This document shows, one piece after another, positions 9,029 to 17,982 of a stretch of 29,766 bases of DNA (its first letter is position 1; every line of letters begins with the position of its first letter). The notes under the pieces were generated by a model. That model was given only the letters and a program-made list of their open reading frames with translations, did no database searches and was not told the DNA's origin. The translations under genes and the position numbers were made by a program. The stretch is taken from NCBI GenBank assembly GCA_039589315.1, contig JBDHHQ010000111.1, positions 1 to 29,766 on the forward strand. Reading direction: 5' to 3'. The stretch is from Gemmatimonadota bacterium (GTDB taxonomy: Bacteria > Gemmatimonadota > Gemmatimonadetes > Longimicrobiales > Gaopeijiaceae).

Positions 9029-10051
9029 GTGACCCCACCCCTCCGCATTGTCCACCTCGAACCGCTGCCGGAGTGGATTCAGGGCTTGTACGAGAACCTC
9101 ATGGCCGAATCGGAGCTCAGCCTCGAGTGGGCTGGACACGTTCCGGACGACGCCCTGGCCGACGCCGTGGCCGGCGCCCACGTGCTGGTCACGGGAAAGC
9201 GTGCAGTGGATGGCCCGTTGATGGCTGCCGCGGGGCCTAACCTGCGGTTCATCCAGGTGGTCGGGCGGGCGCCGTGGTCCGTCGATCCCGCCGCGGCGTA
9301 CCGCGAGGGCGTGCAGGTCTCGGTGGTGCCGCACAATGGCGCCATCGCCGTGGCCGAGCACACGATGGCGTTGATGCTCGGGGTCATGAGGCAGCTCGCT
9401 CCCGGCCACGCCGGCACCCGGGACGGGACGTACCGGGACCTGGGTCTCGAGCCCGAGCCCACGGACGAGCGGAACATCGCCTACAACTGGCTGAGCCTCG
9501 AGGGGGTGCGATTGCTCCACGGGAAGAGGCTCGGGCTCGTCGGGCTGGGCCACATCGGTCTGGAGGTGACGAGGCGAGCCCAGGCATTCGACATGGAGGT
9601 TCACTACCACAAGCGCCACCGCCTGCCCGCCGAGCACGAGCGCCTGGCGGACGTCACGTACGCTCCGTTCGACGAGCTCCTGGCCCAGAGCGACGTCGTG
9701 AGCCTGCACGTCCCTCACACCTCCCACACCGAAGGGCTCGTGGACGCTGCCGCCCTGGGGCGCATGAAGCCCACGGCGGCGCTCGTCAACACCGCCAGAG
9801 GTGGACTCGTGGACGAAGCCGCGCTCGTGCGGGTCCTGCGCGAAGGTCGCATCGCGGGTGCGGGTCTGGACGTGTTCGTCGACGAGCCCGTGCCGGCCGA
9901 TCACCCTCTGCTGACTCTCGACAACGTGCTGCTGGCGCCCCACATCGGCGGGGCCGGAGGCACGGGCCAGAAGGGATCCGCGGCCGCGGTCATCGCCAAC
10001 CTGGAGCGGCTGGCTCGGGACGAGACGCCCGGCGGGCTCGTGACCCCGTGA
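9029..10051 (+). CDS. D-isomer-specific 2-hydroxyacid dehydrogenase
   Basis: AVAEHT, Rossmann GLVGLGHIG, DVVSLHVP, VNTARG (Arg), GLDVFVDEP (Glu) and APHIGG (His). The GTG 9029 start is approximate. Confidence 0.9.
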   Translation: MTPPLRIVHLEPLPEWIQGLYENLMAESELSLEWAGHVPDDALADAVAGAHVLVTGKRAVDGPLMAAAGPNLRFIQVVGRAPWSVDPAAAYREGVQVSVVPHNGAIAVAEHTMALMLGVMRQLAPGHAGTRDGTYRDLGLEPEPTDERNIAYNWLSLEGVRLLHGKRLGLVGLGHIGLEVTRRAQAFDMEVHYHKRHRLPAEHERLADVTYAPFDELLAQSDVVSLHVPHTSHTEGLVDAAALGRMKPTAALVNTARGGLVDEAALVRVLREGRIAGAGLDVFVDEPVPADHPLLTLDNVLLAPHIGGAGGTGQKGSAAAVIANLERLARDETPGGLVTP

Positions 10052-10159
10052 GCGTGAGGGACGCGTGGTCGTGATGATGGCTCCGCTGCCGCCAGGTTGG
10101 CGGGGCCGTGATCGCGGCGATCGTGGGATCCGGGCGGTCTCCGAGAGCGCGACGTCGCC

Positions 10160-11305
10160 GTGATCTCGGATCCGCTCCTGCTGCTGGCCTTCATGTTGGC
10201 CGTGGTGGCCTTCACCCGCTGGCTGGAGCGTAAGTACGAGTGGGTCGAGCGGATCAGCTCGGCCGTTGTCTGCACGCTGCTGGGAATCGCCCTGGCGAAC
10301 CTGGGCGTGATCCCTCACACGTCGCCGACCCACGAGGCCGTCTTCACGTACGCGGTCCCGTACGCCATCGTCCTCGTGATCCTGGGCTCGGACCTACGGG
10401 AGCTGGTGAACGCAGGCCGCCCCATGATCCTGGCGTACCTGGCCGCCGCTCTCGGGAGCTTCGTCGGCGGGCTCGCGGCAGGGCTGGTCTTCAACCCCTG
10501 GGTAGGGCCGGAAACGTGGAAGCTGAGCGGCGCGTTCTCGGGCGCCTTCGCCGGCGGAGGGATGAACTTCGCTGCGGTGGGGCAGGGCCTGGAGATCGAC
10601 CCGAGCACGTTCGCGGCGGCGGCCGTGGCGGACAATCTCTCCACCGTGCCGTACCTGCTCTTTCAGGTGGCGCTGGTGTCCCTTCTCGGCGCCGTGTTCC
10701 TCCGCCGAAGCCGAACGCCCGCGACGGCCCACGACCTGGAGCCGGACCAGGATCCCACGGCGCTCCGCAGGGTGTGGACCCACGCCGAGGTCAGCATCAC
10801 CGATCTGTCGATCCTCGGCGCCATCCCCCTCGCGGCGCTCTGGGTGGCCCGGCAGCTCGGCAACGTCTTCCCGGTCATCCCCGAGGTCCTGTGGCTCACG
10901 ACGCTGGCGTTGGTCCTGGCACAGCTCCCCTGGGTACGACGGCTCCGGGGTGCCGAGATGGGGTCCTACTTCGCCCTGCACATCTTCTTCATCGTGCTGG
11001 GGGCGGCCTCGGTCATCGCCGAGGTGATGGAGGCGGGGCTCCCCATCTTCGCCTTCATGTTCGCCATCATCGGGATCCACGTGCTGGTCGTGTACGGATT
11101 GGGCTGGCTCATGCGCATCGACCTGCCCACGGTATCGCTGGCCAGCCAGGCCGCCATCGGGGGGCCGGGGTCGGCGCTGGCGCTCGGCATGGCCATGGGA
11201 TGGCACAAGCTGGTCATGCCGGCGATCATCGTGGGGATCTTCGGCTACGCGTTGGGCAACTACCTGGGCTTCGCGTGCGCCTACCTGGTCAACGCAGCCC
11301 TCTGA
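10160..11305 (+). CDS. DUF819 family multi-pass membrane protein (putative transporter)
   Basis: About 10-11 hydrophobic segments. Motifs LANLGVIP, GGGMNFAAV, AVADN, ASQAAIGGPGSA and GYALGNYLG. Confidence 0.82.
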   Translation: MISDPLLLLAFMLAVVAFTRWLERKYEWVERISSAVVCTLLGIALANLGVIPHTSPTHEAVFTYAVPYAIVLVILGSDLRELVNAGRPMILAYLAAALGSFVGGLAAGLVFNPWVGPETWKLSGAFSGAFAGGGMNFAAVGQGLEIDPSTFAAAAVADNLSTVPYLLFQVALVSLLGAVFLRRSRTPATAHDLEPDQDPTALRRVWTHAEVSITDLSILGAIPLAALWVARQLGNVFPVIPEVLWLTTLALVLAQLPWVRRLRGAEMGSYFALHIFFIVLGAASVIAEVMEAGLPIFAFMFAIIGIHVLVVYGLGWLMRIDLPTVSLASQAAIGGPGSALALGMAMGWHKLVMPAIIVGIFGYALGNYLGFACAYLVNAAL

Positions 11306-11308
11306 GGC

Positions 11309-12115
11309 ATGACGGACTCCCTGGCCGCGTGGGACGCGGCGGTCACGGGTGCAGGCCGCGGGTTGGGAAGAGGCGTCGCACGGGCGTTGGCCCGGACCGG
11401 GATGCGGGTGTGGATTTGCGCCGACCACGAGGCCGAGCTGGAGCGCACCGCCGCCCTGATCGCCGGGGAGGGGGGAGATGCCCGCCCCTGTGTGGTGGAC
11501 CTGGCCGATCCGGAGCAGTGCGCCGCTTTCGCGGATCTGGTGGGCGAGGGGGCGCAGCGTCTGCGGACGCTGGTGAACAATGCGGCCGTGCTGGAGAGGG
11601 TGGCCGTGGAGCACCTGTCCCTGGACCGTTGGAATCACACGCTCGCCGTGAACCTCACCGCGCCCTTCCTTTTGGCCCGGGATCTGGTGCCTCGGCTGGA
11701 CCCGTCCGGCGGATCGGTGATCAACGTGTCCTCCATGGCCGGAGTCCGGCCTACGGCCTTGGAGTCGGCGTACTGTGCGTCCAAGTTCGGGATCGAAGCG
11801 CTGACCCGCTGTCTCGCGCTCGAGCTGCGGGACCGTCCGGTCAGCGTCAATACCATCACGCCGGGAATCCGGATCAAGCCGACGTCCCTCACCGAGGAGC
11901 AGGTCTCGGCGGTGGCCCCGCAGGAGCGGCGACAGTGGAACGATCCCGACCGCATCGCGCCGGCCTTTCTGTGGCTCGCGGGGTTGCGGGGAGAGGTCAG
12001 CGGGTGTCGCTTCGACGCACGCGAGCTCACCGAGGCGCTGGAGCGGCACGGCCCGGATGAAACGCTGAACAGAATCCATCAACTCGACGAGGCGCGGAGC
12101 GCAGAGTGGTTCTAG
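11309..12115 (+). CDS. Short-chain dehydrogenase/reductase (classical SDR)
   Basis: TGAGRGLG, LVNNAA, NVSS, YCASK (YxxxK) and VNTITPG. Confidence 0.9.
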   Translation: MTDSLAAWDAAVTGAGRGLGRGVARALARTGMRVWICADHEAELERTAALIAGEGGDARPCVVDLADPEQCAAFADLVGEGAQRLRTLVNNAAVLERVAVEHLSLDRWNHTLAVNLTAPFLLARDLVPRLDPSGGSVINVSSMAGVRPTALESAYCASKFGIEALTRCLALELRDRPVSVNTITPGIRIKPTSLTEEQVSAVAPQERRQWNDPDRIAPAFLWLAGLRGEVSGCRFDARELTEALERHGPDETLNRIHQLDEARSAEWF

Positions 12116-13023
12116 AGCAGAACAGGAAGGTCATTCGCCAGAGGCCGCAGGCGCGAGCCCTGGCCCAGCGGATGAGGGGGCTGCGTGGTCCGGCGGAGGG
12201 GACGCCACGCGACGGTGCCCCGGAGCGCGAGTCCCCGTTCTCGGTGAAGCTGGTGCTGTACCTGAAGAAGCACCTCGACGCTGGCGAGACCCACTACACG
12301 GCCCGTCCCGGGATGGTGGCGCTGCGGCGGCGCCTGGCCGACGCGTTGGCTGGGCTCGGCGCTCCGGCCCGTGATCCCGACGGGATCCTGATCACGGCAG
12401 GAGAGGGGGAGGCGGTGTTCGCGTGCCTCCTGGCATTCGGCTACGGCCCGGGCGACCAGGCTCGATTCTCGGGCCGGTGGCAGCGCCACGCGCGACTCCT
12501 GGACATGATGGGCGTGACCGTACTCGACGAGCCTCCGGAAGCTCCATTGGAGGAGTGGCGGCTGCTACCCCCGCCACGGGCCGCCCAGGGAGCCTCTCCT
12601 CCCAGCGACGCTGCGGAGTCCGCCGTCGCCTCGGGTGTGCCGAGCTCGGATGCGGCAGCGCCCAGCGGTGGCGTCCCGGAGGAGGGCATGAGCGCGTCGG
12701 CTGCACCGGCGACGGACACGCCCTCCAGCTCGGCCACGAGCCCGCGCCGCCCCGTGCCCATCGTCTGTCTCGGCGACGTCTTCGGTGCGGGCTCCGGCGA
12801 GCTTCCGGAGCTGAACCGGGACGCGATCTACGTGGGCAATCTCGACGGGCTGCCCGAGATGGACATGTTCGGCCTCGGCTTCGTGGCAGGATCGCCCGAG
12901 TGGATCAAGCGGATCATGACGTGGAAACAGGCCTTCTCCATCTGCAGTCCTGCACCGTCGCAGAGGGCGGCGTTGCTGGCTTTCGAGCGCTGGGACGAGC
13001 GGCAGGCCGAGGCCGGCCCATGA
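12106..13023 (+). CDS. Degenerate class I/II aminotransferase-fold protein (no PLP lysine, no C-terminal small domain)
   Basis: HYTARPGMVALRRRLA, ILITAGEGEAVF and KQAFSICSPAPSQRAAL align with class I aminotransferases. The SK motif is replaced by DG. The frame is uninterrupted and overlaps both neighbouring genes. Confidence 0.7.
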   Translation: MVLEQNRKVIRQRPQARALAQRMRGLRGPAEGTPRDGAPERESPFSVKLVLYLKKHLDAGETHYTARPGMVALRRRLADALAGLGAPARDPDGILITAGEGEAVFACLLAFGYGPGDQARFSGRWQRHARLLDMMGVTVLDEPPEAPLEEWRLLPPPRAAQGASPPSDAAESAVASGVPSSDAAAPSGGVPEEGMSASAAPATDTPSSSATSPRRPVPIVCLGDVFGAGSGELPELNRDAIYVGNLDGLPEMDMFGLGFVAGSPEWIKRIMTWKQAFSICSPAPSQRAALLAFERWDERQAEAGP

Positions 13024-14174
13024 GTAACCAGACGGCGCGGGCGGGCGAGCGGGCCACGTCGATACGCTACCGGATGATGGAGCTGGCGTCCCAGATGGAG
13101 GACGTCATCTCACTGGGACGCGGGGACCCCGATCTGGATACGCCGCAAGAGATCCTGGATCTCGTGCCGCCCCGGGCGGAATACTCCGCCCCGCGGAGCC
13201 CGGTGCAGGGCCTCCCGGAGCTCAGGCGCGCCGTGACCCACCGCTACGCCGAGGAGCAGTTGCTGGACCTGGATCCGGAGCGGTGTTGCCTGATCACCAA
13301 CGGTGCCCAGGAGGCGTTGTTCCTGGCGATGCTGGCGCTGGTGGACCCGGGGGACAGGGTGGCGACCCACGACCCCCGCTACTCGTCGTACGACCAGGCC
13401 GTGGGTGCCGCGGGAGGCACGCTGATCACGATTCCCACCCTTCCGGAGCACGACTTCCGGCTCCAGCCCGAGGCGGTGCGAGAGCACGCGGAGGGGACCA
13501 AGCTCCTGGTGTTCGTGAACCCGAACAACCCCACCAGCGCCCACGTCGAGCCCGCAGGCGTCAAGGCCATCGCCGAGGTGGCCCGGGAGATGGACATGCT
13601 GGTGGTCTACGACGAGATCTACGGCGACTTCGTCTACGACGGCGTTTCCTTCCAGTCCATGGCCGCCTGCCCCCTCATGCAGGAGTGGACGGTGACCATC
13701 GGCGGGTTCTCCAAGACGTACGCCATGACGGGCTTCCGCGTGGGGTACCTGATCGGGGAGCCACCCTTCATCCAGGCGGCCACCGCCCTGAAGGCCGCGA
13801 TCTCGGGCCCGTGCCCGAAGTTCTCCCAGCAAGCGGCGCTGGCCGCCATGGACGTGCGCCCGGACCCCAGACCCCGGTTCCGGGAGATCTACGACAGCCG
13901 CCGCAAGCGGATGATGGCCGGGCTGGACGCCATGGGCGCCCGGTACAGCCATCCGGGAGGTGGCCTCTTCGTCTGGGCCGACCTGTCGTCGTTCGGGATG
14001 GAGACCGAGGAGTTCTGCTACAGACTCCTGGAGCAGACGGGCGTGCTGGTCTTCCCCGGCGCCTCGTTCGGGCGGCGGTGGCGGTCCTGGGTGCGCATCT
14101 CGCTCCTGGCCCCGGACGATCGGATCGACGAGGCGTTGGCTCGGATGGAGCGGTTCGTGGGAGGGTTGGCGTGA
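13020..14174 (+). CDS. PLP-dependent class I/II aminotransferase
   Basis: VISLGRGDPD, ITNGAQEAL, VNPNNPT, YDEIY, GFSKTYAMTGFRVGY (K232) and WVRISL. ATG overlaps the upstream stop (ATGA). Confidence 0.92.
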   Translation: MSNQTARAGERATSIRYRMMELASQMEDVISLGRGDPDLDTPQEILDLVPPRAEYSAPRSPVQGLPELRRAVTHRYAEEQLLDLDPERCCLITNGAQEALFLAMLALVDPGDRVATHDPRYSSYDQAVGAAGGTLITIPTLPEHDFRLQPEAVREHAEGTKLLVFVNPNNPTSAHVEPAGVKAIAEVAREMDMLVVYDEIYGDFVYDGVSFQSMAACPLMQEWTVTIGGFSKTYAMTGFRVGYLIGEPPFIQAATALKAAISGPCPKFSQQAALAAMDVRPDPRPRFREIYDSRRKRMMAGLDAMGARYSHPGGGLFVWADLSSFGMETEEFCYRLLEQTGVLVFPGASFGRRWRSWVRISLLAPDDRIDEALARMERFVGGLA

Positions 14175-15577
14175 GCGAGCTGGTGATTCAGGGCGGCACC
14201 CTCGTGGACGCCCGGCGCTCCGAGCCTGCCGATCTACTCATCCGCGACGGCCGGATCGTGGCCCGGGGGGCGGCGGCCACCGAGCAGGCGAGCGGAGCGC
14301 CCGAGATGGACGCCACCGGCCTGCTGGTCATGCCGGGAGGGATCGACACGCACACGCACATGGCCCACCCCATCGACCGGATGGGCATCACCACGGCCGA
14401 CGACTTCCACACCGGAACCGTGGCGGCGGCGTGCGGCGGCGTGACGACCATCATCGACTTCGCGCTCCAGCGGAAGGGCGACCGGCTGGCCGACGTCATG
14501 GAGCGGCGGCTGGAGGAGGTGGCGGCCGACGCCGTGGTCGACTACGGCCTGCATATGATCGTGACGGACGTCCGGGACGACGTCGTCGCGGAGGTGCCGG
14601 AGCTGATCGGCGCGGGCCATCCGTCGTTCAAGATCTACATGACCTACGCGGACAAGGTCGTCCACGACGAGGCGCTCCTGCGGGTGCTGGAGGCCACGGC
14701 CGACAACGGCGGCCTGGTCTACCTCCACTGCGAGAACGACTGCGCGGTGAACCACCTGATCCACCGGTTCCTGGAGGCCGGCCACACCCAGCCAGCCTAC
14801 CACGCCCGCAGCCGTCCACCCCAGGTGGAGGCCGAGGCCACCAACCGGGCCATCCTCCTGGCCGAGGTGGTGGGCGCGCCGATCTGCATCGCCCACGTGA
14901 CGTCGGCCGAGGCCGCGGAGGCGGTGGCGCGGGCCAGAGACCGGGGCATCGCCGTGGCGGGCGAGACGTGCCCGCAGTACCTGGTGCTCACCGAGGACCG
15001 GTACCACGACAACGGCGACTTCGAGGCAGCCAAGTACGTGTGCAGTCCCCCGCTGCGCCCCGCCGGACACCCGGAGGCCTTGTGGTCGGCGCTGGGTGAC
15101 GGCTCGCTTCAGCAGGTGTCGTCCGACCACGCGCCTTTCCGCTTCGCCGACCAGAAGACCCAGGGCCGGGACGACTTCACGCGCATCCCCAACGGGCTCC
15201 CGGGGGTCGAGACCAGGCTGCCGATCCTGTTCAGCGAGGGCGTGACGACCGGGCGCATCTCGGCAAACCGCTTCGTCGAGCTGGTCTCCACCAATCCCGC
15301 CCGCATCTTCGGGCTGTACCCCCGGAAGGGGTCGCTGGAGGTGGGGGCCGATGCCGACCTGGTGTTCTTCGACCCCCAGGCCCAGGCGGTCGTGGACGCC
15401 ACCGATCTGCACTCCGCGGTGGACTACAACCCATTCGAGGGCATGAGGCTGAAAGGGCTCCCGGTCCTGACCATCTCCCGAGGCGAGGTCGTGGCCCGGG
15501 ACGGGGAGCCCACTGCGGTGCGGGGACGGGGACGGCCGGCCGAGCGCTCGCGCGTGTCCGCGGCGGCACTGCCGTAG
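14171..15577 (+). CDS. hydA: Dihydropyrimidinase / D-hydantoinase (cyclic amidohydrolase)
   Basis: PGGIDTHTHM (HxH), GGVTTIIDF, SFKIYM (carbamylated Lys), HCEN, AHVT, ETCPQYL, KYVCSPPLR, SDHAPF and IPNGLPGVETR. GTGA overlap with the upstream gene. Confidence 0.9.
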   Translation: MSELVIQGGTLVDARRSEPADLLIRDGRIVARGAAATEQASGAPEMDATGLLVMPGGIDTHTHMAHPIDRMGITTADDFHTGTVAAACGGVTTIIDFALQRKGDRLADVMERRLEEVAADAVVDYGLHMIVTDVRDDVVAEVPELIGAGHPSFKIYMTYADKVVHDEALLRVLEATADNGGLVYLHCENDCAVNHLIHRFLEAGHTQPAYHARSRPPQVEAEATNRAILLAEVVGAPICIAHVTSAEAAEAVARARDRGIAVAGETCPQYLVLTEDRYHDNGDFEAAKYVCSPPLRPAGHPEALWSALGDGSLQQVSSDHAPFRFADQKTQGRDDFTRIPNGLPGVETRLPILFSEGVTTGRISANRFVELVSTNPARIFGLYPRKGSLEVGADADLVFFDPQAQAVVDATDLHSAVDYNPFEGMRLKGLPVLTISRGEVVARDGEPTAVRGRGRPAERSRVSAAALP

Positions 15578-15767
15578 TCGGCGGCGCACCCGTGCAAGGG
15601 CCGGATCGGGACCGGGGTCCCATGCGCCGTTGTCTGGAGCTGGCCGGCCAGGCCCGGGCCAACGGCGTGACGGCCGTAGACTCCTGGGGTCCGCCACCCG
15701 AGGTGGTGTCCGGGCTCATGGCGGCGGAGTGCCGGGCGCGCCTGTCTCGGCCAGGCGCCCGAGCCGG

Positions 15768-16781
15768 CTAACCCTCAGCCCGCTCCGGCAGCAGGTCGTC
15801 CCGCACCTCGTCGATGATCCCGAAGAAGCAGCACCACTCCCCCTCCAACACCGCCGGTCGAGAGCGGAGCCCGAAGATGACGCCGTCGACCGGGGCCGTG
15901 ACCTCGGCGGCCACGTCGCCGTAGAGGTCGTAGACCCTGCCGAGCAGGCTTCCCGCGGGTACGGGCTCCTCGAAGGGCACGTCCGCGCTCCCGACCCACA
16001 TCCCAGAGGCCGGAGCCAACAGGGCCTGCTGATGGCCGGTGCGCCACCGATCGGCGTACGCCGCCTCTCCATCGATCATGTCGTAGTGCCGCAGGACGTT
16101 CAGGTAGCTGTCCGACAGCTCCCGGGCCACGGCGTGGAAGTCGGCTCCGAGGGTTCGGCAGTTGCCGCCTAGCTCCACGGTGATCCCGCCACCCCCCAGA
16201 GCCCCGATCTTCGACGAGGGGTTGTTGCCGCCCACGCCGGTCTCGAAGACCAGGTCCCATTGGGGTCCCATAGCCGCAGCCAGCTCCATGCTCTCGGGGT
16301 TCCCCGCCGCGAAGATCATGCGTGCCAGGTAGGAGTGCTCCCCGCCGGAGTGAATGGCGATCTGGAGGTCGCACGCGTCCTTCATGGCCGACCAGTGGGC
16401 CCACGCGGCGCGCTCCGTCGGGTAGCCGTCGGCCCGCCCCGGGTAGATGCGGTTCATGTCGTAGCTGAACGTGTCGAGGGGATTGCCCCGCTCGCCAGCC
16501 TGGAACGCAGGCACGTTCATGGCCGGAACCGCGACCACCGTTCCGTGCACGCCCGCCGGGTCCAGAGCCGCGAGGGTCAGGTGGATCGAGAACGCCCCCT
16601 CGGGCTCGTCGCCGTGGGTGCCGCCGTTGAGCCAGAGCACCGGGCCCGGCTCGGCGCCCCGGATCACGACGATGGGGATCTCCTCGGGAGTTCCGTCCGG
16701 CCGCGCGCCCACCGGAATGCCCCCGCGGACGGTGGTGCCCGGGGCCGGGGCCGCGCTGCCGATCTGGATGCGGTCGGTCAT
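15768..16781 (-). CDS. M14-like succinylglutamate desuccinylase / aspartoacylase (AstE/AspA family) deacylase
   Basis: GGTHGDE (Zn ligands), DMNRIYPG, IHSGG, ITVELGG and a C-terminal barrel-sandwich-like segment (APASG...APVDGVI). ATG at 16781. Confidence 0.85.
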   Translation of the reverse strand: MTDRIQIGSAAPAPGTTVRGGIPVGARPDGTPEEIPIVVIRGAEPGPVLWLNGGTHGDEPEGAFSIHLTLAALDPAGVHGTVVAVPAMNVPAFQAGERGNPLDTFSYDMNRIYPGRADGYPTERAAWAHWSAMKDACDLQIAIHSGGEHSYLARMIFAAGNPESMELAAAMGPQWDLVFETGVGGNNPSSKIGALGGGGITVELGGNCRTLGADFHAVARELSDSYLNVLRHYDMIDGEAAYADRWRTGHQQALLAPASGMWVGSADVPFEEPVPAGSLLGRVYDLYGDVAAEVTAPVDGVIFGLRSRPAVLEGEWCCFFGIIDEVRDDLLPERAEG

Positions 16782-16881
16782 GGTGTTTCCAGGAAGAGGT
16801 TTCGGTTGGCGCTCATGGCGTCTGGCCAGGCAGCACCCACCAGGCTGGTGCGTCTGCGCCTCCGGCGGTGAGCAGACACGG

Positions 16882-17982
16882 TCAGTCCGGATTCGGCAGC
16901 GGATCCGGCACTGGATCCGGAAAGCTGAGCCCGACCTCACGACCCAGCTCTGCGACCTGGTCGACGGTGGTCAGAGCAACGGGAATCCCGTCGCGGAACC
17001 GCGTATGGGCCCGGCGCTGCTCGATCTCGCCCGGCAGCATGACGGGCCGCCTGATATCCAGCGGTGGCGCTGACTTCACCTCGTCGATGAGCCGAGCCAG
17101 ACGGCCGTTGAACGTCGGTCGGTCCATGAAGCAGTCCGGATCGATGGCGATCAGGACGTGGCCCACGTCGAAGTGCGTATCGTCCTGGAAGACGGAGCGG
17201 CCGAAGAGCGAGCCGGTCAACACGCCGCACAGCACGTCGGTGACGAGGCTCAGTCCGTACCCCTTGTAGTCGCCCACCGGGAGCAGGGGACCGTCGTTGG
17301 CCGCGACGGGATCGGTGGTCCGCCGGCCCTCCGCGGTCAGGGCCCAGTTGTCCGGCATGGGCAGGCCCGCACGGGCGAGCCAGCGGATCATCCCCTTGCC
17401 GGACTGGGTCAGCGCCATGTCGAGGACGATGGGGTCGTGCCCGCCGCCCCGGGGAACGGCCAGGCCCCAGGGGTTCGTGCCCAGCACCGGCATGGCGGAT
17501 CCCCACGGTGCCATCTCGGCGCCGGCGTTGGTCATGGCCAGGCCGATGAAGCCGTCCCGCGCGGCGTGGAGGGCGTGGTAGCCGGCTACGCCGAAGTGGT
17601 TGCTGTTCCGCACCCCCACCATGGCGATGCCTCTGCCCCGGGCCTTTTCCGTGGCAGCGGCCATGGCACGGTGTGCCGACACGTAGCCGAAGCCCTTGCC
17701 CGCGTCTATCAGGGCGGACGCCGGGGAGTCGTGGATCCTCGCCATCTCGGCCCGGGTGACGATGCCCCCGTTCCGGATGCGGCGTGCGTAGCGGATCAGC
17801 TTTTCGAGGCCCTGCCCCTGACCGGGATGCCACCAGCTGCTCGCCGTGACGAGCCCGTCCGCCACGATGCGCGCTTCGTCCGCACTGGCGCCCAGCGCCG
17901 CGAGGTAGTCCTCGACGAACTCCCGCAACAGGGGCTCCGGATACCGCGCGACGGGGTCGTCGTCGGTGAGCCAGTACGTCAG
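16882..17982 (-). CDS. Ldh_2 family (type 2 malate/L-lactate, AllD/ComC-like) oxidoreductase
   Basis: VRNSNHFGVAGY, GTNPWGLAVP, IVLDMA, GDYKGYGL and MLPGEIE. The start is uncertain: CTG 17982 follows a GGAGGA RBS, and the alternative is GTG 18006. Confidence 0.85.
   Translation of the reverse strand: MTYWLTDDDPVARYPEPLLREFVEDYLAALGASADEARIVADGLVTASSWWHPGQGQGLEKLIRYARRIRNGGIVTRAEMARIHDSPASALIDAGKGFGYVSAHRAMAAATEKARGRGIAMVGVRNSNHFGVAGYHALHAARDGFIGLAMTNAGAEMAPWGSAMPVLGTNPWGLAVPRGGGHDPIVLDMALTQSGKGMIRWLARAGLPMPDNWALTAEGRRTTDPVAANDGPLLPVGDYKGYGLSLVTDVLCGVLTGSLFGRSVFQDDTHFDVGHVLIAIDPDCFMDRPTFNGRLARLIDEVKSAPPLDIRRPVMLPGEIEQRRAHTRFRDGIPVALTTVDQVAELGREVGLSFPDPVPDPLPNPD

Noticed and set aside
12106..13023. 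Treating the degenerate aminotransferase as a plain pseudogene
   Set aside because: It has no stops or frameshifts over 305 codons, overlaps both neighbours, and selectively keeps the trans-acting motifs. A pseudogene is not excluded but is less parsimonious.
16885..16920. Imperfect 12-bp repeats (ccggatccg...) at the end of the Ldh_2 gene
   Set aside because: They simply encode the low-complexity tail PDPVPDPLPNPD.
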